From Eledone cirrhosa (lineage: Eukaryota), in contig OZ024746.1 of assembly GCA_964016885.1 (NCBI GenBank), positions 101,184,001 through 101,248,000 of the forward strand: a stretch of DNA of 64,000 nt, written 5' to 3'. Below are positions 15,201 to 28,641 of the stretch, piece by piece. Every line of letters begins with the position of its first letter. The stretch's first letter is position 1. Below the pieces are notes generated by a model, which had not been told where the DNA came from, did no database searches, and saw only the letters and a list, made by a program, of their open reading frames with translations. Both the position numbers and the translations under genes were made by a program.

Positions 15201-18200
15201 GTACTTACTAGATACTGTGTAGTACATACTAGATACTGTGTAGTATATACTAGATACTGTGTAGTATATACTAGATACTGTGTAGTATATACTGGATACT
15301 GTGTAGTAACTACTAGATACTGTGTAGTATATACTAGTTACTGTGTAGTAACTAGTAGATACTGTGTAGTATATACTGTGTAGTACATACTAGATACTGT
15401 GTAGTACACACTAGATACTGTGTAGTATATACTAGATACTGTGTAGTACATACTAGATACTGTGTAGTAACTACTAGATACTGTGTAGTATATACTAGAT
15501 ACTGTGTAGTATATACTTGATACTGTGTAGTAACTACTAGATACTGTGTAGTACATACTAGATACTGTGTAGTAACTACTAGATACTGTGTAGTATATAC
15601 TAAATACTGTGTAGTAACTACTAGATACTGTGTAGTATATACTAGATACTGTGTAGTATATACTCGATACTGTGTAGTATATACTAGATACTGTGTAGCA
15701 TATACTGGATACTGTGTAGTAACTACTAGATACTGTGTAGTATATACTAGTTACTTTGTAGTAACTAGTAGATACTGTGTAGTATATACTGTGTAGTACA
15801 TACTAGATACTGTGTAGTATATACTAGATACTGTGTAGTACATACTAGATACTGTGTAGTATATACTAAATACTGTGTAGTAACTACTAGATACTGTGTA
15901 GTAACTACTAGATACTGTGTAGTATGTACTAGATACTGTGTAGTACATACTAGATACTGTGTAGTAACTAGTAGATACTGTGTAGTATATACTAGATACT
16001 GTGTAGTACATACTAGATACTGTGTAGTATATACTAGATACTGTGTAGTAACTACTAGATACTGTGTAGTATATACTAGATACTGTGTAGTATATACTAG
16101 ATACTGTGTAGTATATACTAGATACTGTGTAGTATATTCTAGATACTGTGTAGCATATACTAGATACTGTGTAGTATATGCTAGAGACTGTGTAGTAACT
16201 ACTAGATACTCTGTAGTACATACTAGTTACTGTGTAGTAACTACTAGATACTGTTTAGTAACTACTGGACACTGTGTAGTAACTACTAGCTACTGTGTAG
16301 TATATACTAGATACTGTGTAGTAACTAGTAGATACTGTGTAGTATATACTAGATACTGTGTAGTAACTACTGGATACTGTGTAGTACATACTAGATACTG
16401 TGTAGTACATACTAGATACTGTGTAGTATATACTAGATACTGTGTAGTATATACTAGATACTGTGTAGTATATAATAGTTACTGTGTAGTAGCTACTAGA
16501 TACTGTGTAGTTCATAGTAGATACTATGTAGTATATACTAGATACTGTGTAGTATATACTAGATACTGTGTAGTATATATATAGATACTGTGTAGTATAT
16601 ACTATATACTGTGTAGTATATACTAGATACTGTGTAGCATATACTAGATACTGTGTAGTATATACTAGATACTGTGTAGCATATACTAGATACTCTGTAT
16701 TATATACTAGATACTGTGTAGTATATACTAGATACTCTGTATTATATACTAGATACTGTGTAGTATATACTAGATACTGTGTAGTACATACTAGATACTG
16801 TGTAGTATACACTAGATACTGTGTAGTATATACTAGATACTGTGTAGCTTACACTAGATACTGTGTAGTAACTAGTAGATACTGTGTAGTAACTACTATA
16901 TACTGTGTAGTATATACTAGATACTGTGTAGCATATACTAGATACTGTGTAGTATATACTAGATACTGTGTAGTATATACTAGATACTGTGTAGTATATA
17001 CTAGATACTATGTAGTAACTACTAGATACTGTGTAGTAACTAGTAGATACTGTGTAGTAACTACTATATACTGTGTAGTATATACTAGATACTGTGTAGT
17101 ATAGACTAGATACTGTGTAGTATATACTAGATACTGTGTAGTATATACTAGATACAGTGTAGTACTTACTGGATACTGTGTAGTATATACTAAATACTGT
17201 GTAGTAACTACTAGATACTGTGTAGTAACTACTAGATACTGTGTAGTATGTACTAGATACTGTGTAGTACATACTAGATACTGTGTAGTATATACTGTGT
17301 AGTACATACTAGATACTGTGTAGTATATACTAGATACTGTGTAGTACATACTAGATACTGTGTAGTATATACTAAATACTGTGTAGTAACTACTAGATAC
17401 TGTGTAGTAACTACTAGATACTGTGTAGTATGTACTAGATACTGTGTAGTACATACTAGATACTGTGTAGTAACTAGTAGATACTGTGTAGTATATACTA
17501 GATACTGTGTAGTACATACTAGATACTGTGTAGTACATACTAGATACTGTGTAGTATATACTAGATACTGTGTAGTAAATACTAGATACTGTGTAGTATA
17601 TACTGGATACTGTGTAGTAACTACTAGATACTGTGTAGTATATACTAGTTACTGTGTAGTAACTAGTAGATACTGTGTAGTATATACTGTGTAGTACATA
17701 CTAGATACTGTGTAGTACATACTAGATACTGTGTAGTATATACTAGATACTGTGTAGTACATACTAGATACTGTGTAGTAACTACTAGATACTGTGTAGT
17801 ATATACTAGATACTGTGTAGTATATACTAGATACTGTGTAATAACTACTAGATACTGTGTAGTACATACTAGATACTGTGTAGTAACTACTAGATACTGT
17901 GTAGTATATACTAAATACTGTGTAGTAACTACTAGATACTGTGTAGTAACTACTAGATACTGTGTAGTATATACTAGATACTGCGTAGTAACTAGTTGAT
18001 ACCGTGTAGTATATACTAGATACTGTGTAGTACATACTAGATACTGTGTAGTATATACTAGATACTGTGTAGTAACTACTAAATACTGTGTAGTATATAC
18101 TAGATACTGTGTAGTATATACTCGATACTGTGTAGTATATACTAGATACTGTGTAGCATATACTGGATACTGTGTAGTAACTACTAGATACTGTGTAGTA

Positions 18201-21200
18201 TATACTAGTTACTTTGTAGTAACTAGTAAATACTGTGTAGTATATACTGTGTAGTACATACTAGATACTGTGTAGTATATACTAGATACTGTGTAGTACA
18301 TACTAGATACTGCATAGTAACTACTAGATACTGTGTAGTATATACTAAATACTGTGTAGTAACTACTAGATACTGTGTAGTAACTACTAGATACTGTGTA
18401 GTATATACTAGATACTGTGTAGTACATACTAGATACTGTGTAGTAACTAGTAGATACTGTGTAGTATATACTAGATACTGTGTAGTACATACTAGATACT
18501 GTGTAGTATATACTAGATACTGTGTAGTAATTACTAGATACTGTGTAGTAACTACTAGATACTGTGTAGTATATACTATATACTGTGTAGTATATACTAT
18601 ATACTGTGTAGTATATATTAGATACTGTGTAGTATACACTAGATACTGTGTAGTATAAACAGACACTGTGTAGTATATAATAGATACTGTGTAGTAACTA
18701 TTAGAAACTGTGTAGTATATACTAGATACTGTGTAGTATATAATAGATCCTGTGTAGTAACTACTAGACACTGTTTAGTATATAATAGATACTGTGTAGT
18801 AACTACTAGAAACTGTGTAGTATATACTCTAATACGGTGTAGTATATACTATATACTGTGTAGTATATACAAGATACTGTGTAGTATATACTAGATACTG
18901 TGTAATATATACTAGCTACTGTGTAGTACATACTGGATACTGTGTAGTATATATTAGATACTGTGTAGTATATACTAGATACTGTGTAGTAACTACTAGA
19001 TACTGTGTAGTAACTACTGGACACTGTGTAGTAACTACTAGATACTGTGTAGTATATACTAGATACTGTGTAATAACTACTAGATACTGTGTAGTAACTA
19101 CTAGATACTGTGTAGTACATACTAGATACTGTGTAGTATATACTAGATAGTGTGTAGTAACTACTAGATACTGTGTAGTATATACTAGATACTCTGTAGT
19201 ATATACTAGTTACTGTGTAGTATATACTAGATACTGTGTAATAACTACTAGATACTGTGTAGTAACTACTAGATACTGTGTAGTACATACTAGATACTGT
19301 GTAGTATATACTAGATAGTGTGTAGTAACTACTAGATAGTGTGTAGAAACTACTAGATACTGTGTAGTATATACTAGATACTGTGTAGTATATACTAGAT
19401 ACTGTGTAGTATATACTAGTTACTGTGTAGTATATACTAGATACTGTGTAGTATATACTAGATACTGTGTAGTATATACTAGATACTGTGTAGTATATAC
19501 TACATACTGTTTACTGTATACTAGATACTGTGTAGTATATACTAAATACTGTGTAGTAACTAGTAGATACTGTGTAGTAACTACTAGATACTGTGTAGTA
19601 TATACGAGATACTGTGTAGTAACTACTAGATACTGTGTAGTATATGCTAGATACTGTGTAGTATATACTAGATACTGTGTAGTATATACTATATACTCTG
19701 TAGTATATACTAGATACTGTGTAGTATATACTAGATACTGTGTAGTAAACACTAGATACTGTGTAGTATATATTAGATACTGCGTAGTATATACTAGATA
19801 CTGTGTAGTACATACTAGATACTGTGTAGTATATACTAGATACTGTATAGTATATACTAGATACTGTGTAGTAACTACTAGATACTGTGTAGTATATACT
19901 AGATACTGTGTAGTATATACTAGATACTGTGTAGTATATACTAGATACTGTGTAGTATATACTAGATACTGTGTAGTAACTACTAGATACTGTGTAGTAA
20001 CTACTAGATACTGTGTAGTATATACTAGATACTGTGTAGTACATACTTGACACAGTGTAGTAACTACTAGATACTGTGTAGTATATACTAGATACTGTGT
20101 AGTACATACTATATACTGTGTACTATATACTAGATACTGTGTAGTAACTAGTAGATACTGTGTAGTAACTAGTAGATACTGTGTAGTATATACTAGATAC
20201 TGTGTAGTATATACTAGATACTGTGTAGTATATACTAGATACTATGTAGTAACTAGTAGATACGGTGTAGTATATACTAGATACTGTGTAGTAATTACTA
20301 GATATTGTGTAGTATATACTAGATACTGTGTAGTATATACTAGATACTGTGTAGTATATACTAGATACTGTGTAGTATATAATAGTTACTGTGTAGTAGC
20401 TACTAGATACTGTGTAGTTCATAGTAGATACTATGTAGTATATACTAGATACTGTGTAGTATATACTAGATACTGTGTAGTATATACTAGATACTGTGTA
20501 GTATATATATAGATACAGTGTAGTATATACTATATACTGTGTAGTATATACTAGATACTGTGTAGCATGTACTAGATACTGTGTAGTATATACTTGATAC
20601 TGTGTAGTATATACTAGATACTCTGTATTATATACTAGATACTGTGTAGTATATACTAGATACTGTGTAGTACATACTAGATACTGTGTAGTATACACTA
20701 GATACTGTGTAGTATATACTAGATACTGTGTAGCTTACACTAGATACTGTGTAGTAACTAGTAGATACTGTGTAGTAACTACTATATACTGTGTAGTATA
20801 TACTAGATACTGTGTAGCATATACTAGATACTGTGTAGTATATACTAGATACTGTGTAGCATATACTAGATACTGTGTAGTATATACTAGATACTGTGTA
20901 GTATATACTAGATACTGTGTAGTATATACTAGATACTATGTAGTAACTACTAGATACTGTGTAGTAACTAGTAGATACTGTGTAGTATAGACTAGATACT
21001 GTGTAGTATATACTAGATACTGTGTAGTATATACTAGATACTGTGTAGTACTTACTGGATACTGTGTAGTACATACTAGATACCGTGTAGTATATACTAG
21101 ATACTGTGTAGTAAATACTAGATACTGTGTAGTATATACTGGATACTGTGTAGTAACTACTAGATACTGTGTAGTATATACTAGTTACTGTGTAGTAACT

Positions 21201-22442
21201 AGTAGATACTGTGTAGTACATACTAGATACTGTGTAGTACATACTAGATACTGTGTAGTACATACTAGATACTGTGTAGTATATACTAAATACTGTGTAG
21301 TAACTACTAGATACTGTGTAGTATATACTAGATACTGCGTAGTAACTAGTTGATACTGTGTAGTATATACTAGATACTGTGTAGTACATACTAGATACTG
21401 TGTAGTATATACTAGATACTGTGTAGTATATACTCGATACTGTGTAGTATATACTAGATACTGTGTAGTAACTACTGGACACTGTGTAGTATATACTAGA
21501 TACTGTGTAGCATATACTGGATACTGTGTAGTAACTACTAGATACTGTGTAGTATATACTAGTTACTTTGTAGTAACTAGTAGATACTGTGTAGTATATA
21601 CTGTGTAGTACATACTAGATACTGTGTAGTATATACTAGATACTGTGTAGTACATACTAGATACTGCATAGTAACTACTAGATACTGTGTAGTATATACT
21701 AAATACTGTGTAGTAACTACTAGATACTGTGTAGTATATACTAGATACTGTGTAGTACATACTAGATACTGTGTAGTAACTAGTAGATACTGTGTAGTAT
21801 ATACTAGATACTGTGTAGTACATACTAGATACTGTGTAGTATCTACTAGATACTGTGTAGTAACTACTAGATACTGTGTAGTATATACTAGATACTGTGT
21901 AGTATATACTAGATACTGTGTAGTATATTCTAGATACTGTGTAGCATATACTAGATACTGTGTAGTATATACTAGAGACTGTGTAGTAACTACTAGATAC
22001 TCTGTAGTACATACTAGTTACTGTGTAGTAACTACTAGATACTGTGTAGTAACTAGTAGATACTGTGTAGTAACTACTAGATACTGTGTAGTACATACTA
22101 GATACTGTGTAGTACATACTAGATACTGTGTAGTATATAATAGTTACTGTGTAGTAACTAGTAGATACTGTGTAGTATATACTAGATACTGTGTAGTATA
22201 TAATAGTTACTGTGTCGTAACTAGTAGATACTGTGTAGTATATACTAGATACTGTGTAGTAACTACTAGATACTGTGTAGTACATACTAGATACAGTGTA
22301 GTATATACTAGATACTGTGTAGTACATACTAGATACTGTGTAGTATATACTAGATACTGTGTAGTATATACTAGATACTGTGTAGTATATACTAGATTCT
22401 GTGTAGTATATACTAGATTCTGTGTAGTATATACTAGTTACT
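6243..22442. repeat. 21-bp satellite array (~16.2 kb, ~770 monomers), consensus ACTGTGTAGTATATACTAGAT / ACTGTGTAGTAACTACTAGAT, with higher-order structure
   Basis: 7-aa periodic ORFs (YYTVSSI / YTTQYLV); diagnostic variants recur at multiples of 21 bp. Confidence 0.97.
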
Positions 22443-23243
22443 GGAGATAGATCTATTAAAGATGTGCAGTAGGTGGAGATAGATCTATTAAAGATGTGCA
22501 GTTGGTGGAGATAGAGCTATTAAAGATGTTCAGGTGGAGATAGAGCTATTAAAGATGTGCAGGTGGAGATAGAGCTATTAAAGATGTGCGGGTGGAGATA
22601 GAGCTATTAAAGATGTGCAGTTGGTGGAGATAGAGCTATTAAAGATGTGCAGTTGGTGGAGATAGAGCTATTAAAGATGTGCAGTTGGTGGAGATAGAGC
22701 TATTAAAGATGTGCTGGTGGAGATAGAGCTCTTAAAGATGTGCAGTTGGTGGAGATAGAGCTATTGAAGATGTGCAGTTGGTGGAGATAGACCTATTAAA
22801 GATGTGCAGTAGGTGGAGATAGAGCTATTAATGAAGTGCAGTAGGTGGAGATAGAGCTATTAAAGATGTGCAGTTGGTGGAGATAGAGCTATTAAAGATG
22901 TGCAATTGGTGGAGATAGAGCTATTAAAGATGTGCAGGTGGAGATAGAGCTATTAAAGATGTGCAGTTGGTGGGGATAGAGCTATTAAAGATGTGCAGTT
23001 GGTGGAGATAGAGCTATTAAAGATGTGCAGGTGGAGATAGAGCTATTAAAGATGTGCAATTGGTGGAGATAGAGCTATTAAAGATGTGCATTTGTTGGAT
23101 ATAGAGCTATTAAAGAAGTGCAGTTGGTGGAGATAGAGCTATTAAAGATGTGCAGTTGATGGAGATAGACCTATTAAAGATGTGCAGTTGGTGGAGATAG
23201 AGCTATTAAAGAAGTGCAGTAGGTGGAGATAGAGCTATTAAAT
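22443..23243. repeat. 32-bp (28-bp variant) minisatellite GGAGATAGAGCTATTAAAGATGTGCAGTTGGT, ~26 copies
   Basis: Direct inspection; abuts the 21-bp array. Confidence 0.95.
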
Positions 23244-24057
23244 GTTGAATAAGGCAGTTAAGAATATTATCTGGGATATATTTATTTCCAAACTGAAGCT
23301 TCAGACATGTTTTAGTTTTTAGAGCACAAGGAGAAAATTATGCAATGATGTTTTAGCGGACATTATCCCGGTAAAGTTGGCTACAACTGGGGACTGAAAA
23401 GCAGCATAACCAGCATTTATTCTACAGCACTCACTCATGAAGGAAAATGTGTTGATGAGGAGGAGTAAATATTTATTTACCAACCAAATTTTGAGATAAA
23501 CCAAACTTTAATTTAATCATAAGAATTGTTATACAACTAACTGTTCACATGGTAAGTAAAAATTGTAGATATTAGGAGAATTACTTTTTTGTTTTTTCAA
23601 TAATTTTGAAAATATAGATTATTGTAAGAAAGCGAGATCAATTTTCTTTTTTAAACTTCAATAGAAAGATGACACGAGACACACTTCACATTGTTGTGAC
23701 TTCTCACAATGAGGGTGCAGTGAAATTGTTAAAAAGTTCATTTCTGAAAATATATGGATACATGAGTACGCTGTTATTTCTTTATTGTAACTTTTAAGGT
23801 TCCAAGGTGAGGGCCAGGGCTGGAGAAAACTGAAAGGATCTCAATATTCCGACATTTCACTCAAAGTGTTTTATCTATTTTTTTGCTTATTTTTTTTTTA
23901 GAAAATTGTGTGAGAAAATTATTGTTTCTGGATGGAAGAATATATTTGATATTTTGACATCGTTTATATGCTAAAGATTAAACCGAAGGGTTTTACATAA
24001 TAGACTTTCATTTACAAATTTATGTTAGCTGAACTTTTCATCTTATACACACACACA

Positions 24058-24081
24058 TATATATATATGAGTGTTTGTGTG

Positions 24082-24160
<79 letters not shown>
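24058..24160. repeat. (TA)n microsatellite
   Basis: Direct inspection; similar tracts at ~26535, 34440, 35950-36130, 36498-36845, 37113, 40842 and 48850. Confidence 0.95.
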
Positions 24161-24163
<3 letters not shown>

Positions 24164-25049
24164 ATGTCTATAGATTCATTGTCCATACATTGAGGATTCA
24201 ATATAATATCCACCAACATCTGGGAATAAAGAGGAACAAACTCTCAAGGTAGAACCATCTTGCCACCAAGTAGAAAAATGTGAATAAGAAATTGGCATGG
24301 AATAGTGTTATAGAATATAGTACAGCATGTCCATATATAATATCAGGAACATTCATAGTGGCTGAAAATATTTTTACAGCAAATTAACAATATTTTTTAA
24401 AACAATAAAATAGTTTTCCTTCAGAAATCTTCATAATACTGAATACACTGTTTTTTATTTTATGGTAACTGCCAACATTGGACTCCTCTTACACATACCA
24501 TATTTCATTCAATAATCACTGAACACATTGTAGTTCTTTTATTAAACAACCAGAGATACTTTGCATCATTTACAAAAACACTCTACACATTGCACTTCAA
24601 TTCTCCATAATGTCAGTTTTGTGATTTCTTCAGCAAAAGAATCAGTTTGGATAGTTTTAATAAATATTTGTACTTTTTTTATTTTTGCAGATTTATTCAA
24701 CATTTGATGTTTTCTTTGTTACCCGATAGGTTTTGTAATGGACTCCCAACTTCACTCTGAGGGCCGTCATTATATTATAGAATACTACAGACATCACATT
24801 CTCCTGTATTTAGCAGTTTTATATTGCATTTTACCCATTGCTCACTATCTTACACACACACACAAGCACAAACACACACTAATACACACACACACACACA
24901 AACACAAACAGTCTTTCTCTCTCTTCTTGAGACATGAACTTCCCAGTACAAACATGAACGATGAAACAATGAGCAGAAAGAAAGGGAAGAGACATGTTAT
25001 AGAAAACAAATGCAAACTAATAGAAAATATATATCAATGAAATATAGGA

Positions 25050-25480
25050 AGAAGCCATTGGGAATGTCAGATTGATTACTGCAGTAACTATTTTCGCTCT
25101 CCGACAGGTTTGCGGTCGTGCCCTGGCAGTGGAGACTTCTGTTGTCCTTGGCCCTAGGGCTACCTCCCTACTTACCACCATAGGCATTGAGCTGGCCAGC
25201 CGCAGGTGTGAACCTCGCGAGATGGAATGGCTCTTCCAACACATCTCCCTTACCATCCTCCGGGGAAACACCTTCTCCATTCTGTCTGCCGGGGCTGTGG
25301 GGCGGCCAGCACGTGGGACCCCATTTGCTCATAATACAGAGAGATGGGGAGGGTGAGAGAGATGGAGGCAATGACACTGGGAGTTCGGCTCTTCCGTGTT
25401 TGGATACATTGCACCTGTCATGTGGATTATGTGATAATCTCATTTGCCATTATGATTTCATAAATAAACTTTAATTTATT
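25050..25480 (+). mobile_element. 3' fragment of a CRE-clade-like (restriction-like endonuclease) non-LTR retrotransposon
   Basis: LAVETSVVLGPRATSLLTTIGIELASRRCEPREMEWLFQHISLTILRGNTFSIL matches the CRE/Cnl1 C-terminal pattern P.AVET.G..GP.A..L...LG.......PRE...L.QR.S..I.RGNA..IL. Confidence 0.7.
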
Positions 25481-25860
25481 TTTCGTATATTTATTTATCT
25501 ATTAATCTTACTTACACTCTCTAACTATTTTAGTATGTTACTAGTCAAAGTTCAAATTATGGCAAAGTGAACTTGGCCATTAATTCCTTTGATGGGCTCT
25601 TGAAAGAAACAATAGTGGGTTCATTATTACTGCTTCTTCAAAAACTAGGCTGTTTGTAACCAAAAGGTACCACTATTTCTATCTTTGACACTTTTAACAA
25701 ACAGCTTGAAATACTCAAAGATTGGAAATTAAAAAAACTTACATTAAAAATATTAAAAATCCTACCATTTTATTGACCAAAGAATCAATTTCATACAAAT
25801 TTTTCACTTATTAAGTTAAACTAACTTCAAAATAACACTAGAATTGTTATCAAGTATATA

Positions 25861-26532
25861 TGAGGTAATATCAAAATGTTTCCGGACTAGTTCTGTAATG
25901 CGCCAACAGATGGCACCACACAGTTGTGTGTGCAGTAAGAGCAAGCAGTGATCTTCATGTGGCGAGTGATATCACTGTGTTCAATTTGAGATTTTGTGCT
26001 TCATAAACAGAAAAACCTCCCTGGAAGATGACAAGAGAATTTGTCCCCCAGGGCGAGACCATCAATCGAGAGTTCTACTGCAATGTTTTGAGGTGTTTGA
26101 AGGAGGACGTCCGGCGAAAGCAACCGAATCAGTGCTATGTGAAGAATGGGATTGTTCACGACAACAATACACCATGTCACCGAGCTCTCCCCATTCGTGA
26201 GTTTCTTGCCCAAAACAACATTATATCACTTCCAAACTTGCCTTATTCACCAGATTTAGCACCTGTGGATTTCCATCTCCTCTCCAAGCTGAAAATGCAG
26301 CTCAACGGTACCCGTTTTAACATTGTTGCCAAGATCCAGAACAAACCGCAGGAGGTCTTTGACTCGTTTATGGAAAATGACTTCAAGGCCGGATTGCAAA
26401 AGCATCAGGAACACAGGGACCGGTGTATTGTTGCACAAAGTGACTATTTCAAAGGAGATGATGTTAAAACTTAGGTAAATATATATATTTTTGCAAAACA
26501 TAGCTAGTCCGGGGAACATTTTGATACTAACT

Positions 26533-26534
<2 letters not shown>
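25861..26534 (+). mobile_element. Internally deleted mariner DNA transposon (~670 bp)
   Basis: TA-flanked ~30-bp TIRs (TGAGGTAATATCAAAATGTTTCCGGACTAG / reverse complement CAAGTTAGTATCAAAATGTTCCCCGGACTAG); ORF 26028-26474 has HDN...PYSPDLAPVDF (mariner catalytic C-half). Confidence 0.9.
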
Positions 26535-26586
<52 letters not shown>

Positions 26587-26598
26587 CTACTCAATCAA

Positions 26599-26773
26599 AT
26601 TTCAACACTGCTGCATTTTCACAAGAACTTTTGTGTCTTCTGGGACACTCTTCAGGTGAATGTTAACAAGGCCAACATATGTTGGCCATGTTAACATTCA
26701 CCTGAAGAGTGTCCCAGAAGACACAAAAGTTCTTGTGAAAATAAGAAATGTGAAAAGGCGGCAGTGTTGAAAT
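26599..26773. repeat. Loopless 128-bp palindrome (26615-26742) with outer arms; hammerhead-like core on each strand
   Basis: Centre between 26678 and 26679, one mismatch; TTCAC-CTGAAGA-GTGTC-ccagaa-GACAC-AAAA-GTTCTT-GTGAA. Confidence 0.85.
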
Positions 26774-28112
26774 ATATTATCAGTGCTCAATTCTATATAC
26801 TACAAATTGTGAAATATATATATATATATAAAACAGAAATAAATGACAACTACTGGACTAGAACTGTTTCATTCATTAGGAAGATCATAACTTTTATCAC
26901 CTCCTGATAGTCATCAGGAGACCACCCATAATTATATAAATATATATATACTATGGTGGGAACTATAATTTGTAATAATTCTTAAGTAGAGTTTCAGGAT
27001 AAGCACATCACCATAATTTTTTGCTAAATTTGTGGGTGCACCATTGAAAGGTATGTGTGTGTGTGTGATGGGGGGGGGGGTCATGTAGTGCCCCCACCCC
27101 TGCTGATAGGCCCAATATCAGTGCAGAACTGAAATGTAAAATCAATTTCTCACCTCCACTTAACATAAATAAAAATTAAAAATACCTGAAAAGTTATTTC
27201 ATTGTAGTTGAAAACTTATGTGACCATCACCTTTGAAAGGAAATATTTCTAACTATTACCAATAATCAATGCTAGAGCTTGAGTTCAAACTGCAATAAAG
27301 CTGACCTTTCATTCCTCTGGGGCCAATAAATAGCAGGGCTCATTTCTCCACCCATCCCTTACAAATGTGAAAAAGCCAATGAAAGAAATGTTGTCTTGTG
27401 ATTAGTCTTCTATAAGAAATCCTAGACTGTGTATTCACCCACTGATACATACAGACACACTCTCAATACATATATTAATGTATCTGTCTTACTGTCTGAC
27501 TGTTAAATCAATGCTAGCCAGCAGCAATTCAAACCAACAGCTACTTAAACCAGCTTACATTAATGATGTAACAGTTAATATAATAAGGGACTCCATATAC
27601 AGCTTTGTAAATAGATATATTTTGACATAGTTAATAACATCATATAAACAACACAGATACCATCCAACAACAGGAAGAAAAATAATCCAAAATATTCACA
27701 AAAAGATGTTAAAATGAATTAAACATGCATTTGGATAGAAAAATATTTTTAAATATTTTCAATTTAAAAAAATTGAGTAAAAAATGATAAAAAGATAATA
27801 ATTTTAGAAATGACATGTGGGATCTCCAGAATTAGAAATAACATAAATTTTGAATACATTTTTTTTTTACCGTTTAGTCAAGGAGTGAAAGGCGGCACCC
27901 ATGATCTTTTATTTTATTCAGGGTCCAGAGACTGACGGGAGAATATGAAATAGTTATTCACAAACCAGAGACAGCCTGAATGCATGCAGTAGAATAAACT
28001 TAACTAAAAGTCCATAAAGATGATGTGTGACAGACTAAGTCTACTACCCAGAAACTCAGAACAGAGCTGGCCTCCTGTCTGCTCTAACGACTTTGCCAAT
28101 CCACCACCTTAG

Positions 28113-28325
28113 CCCTTTTAATACCATATTTCTAAGGAATGATACAGCCTATATGTTTCAATTAATTTTGAAAATAACCAAATATTTGGAAGAATTTAAA
28201 CTGATATTTAAAATATTTAGAAAAATTTCTAAAATAAAATTATGATGAAAAGTTTTAATATAAGGATTGAGTAGTTTTGTATCAAAGAACCATGGCCAGT
28301 ATCAGGCACTTTGGTATCAAAAGGG
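28113..28325. mobile_element. piggyBac-like MITE (family B)
   Basis: TTAG-CCCTTTTAATACC...GGTATCAAAAGGG-TTAG termini; internal match in reverse orientation to 61313-61536. Confidence 0.6.
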
Positions 28326-28449
28326 TTAGCTTGTTACTTTATTTATTAACCTCGAAACAATGAAAGGTAAATTCAACCATGGCAGGATTTGAGCTCAGAA
28401 TGCAGAGAGATGAAACCAATTCCACAAGGTACTTTGTCAATTTGACACC

Positions 28450-28541
28450 CAGGTTCATTGATATAGTGTATGCCAACAGGTTCATTGATATAGTGTATGC
28501 CAACAGGTTCATTGATATAGTGTATGCCAACAGGTTCATTG
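28450..28541. repeat. 27-bp tandem repeat x~3.4 (CAGGTTCATTGATATAGTGTATGCCAA)
   Basis: Direct inspection. Confidence 0.9.
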
Positions 28542-28641
28542 CTCACATGATGTTGCCAGCACTACACAGTTTCTAAAACTGCAATACAACATTTTCAAAC
28601 CTACCAACTATAAAATAAAAGGTGATGAAATAAGCCTCTAC

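Noticed and set aside
6161-22327. Long minus-strand ORFs up to 940 aa (YYTVSSI / YTTQYLV repeats)
   Set aside because: A 21-bp monomer without stops in two frames produces these automatically. They overlap in two frames, break at random and have no non-repetitive termini or splice context.
5581-23243. Telomere or confirmed centromere
   Set aside because: There are no TTAGGG-type repeats, and centromere function cannot be inferred from a 17-kb gene-proximal array.
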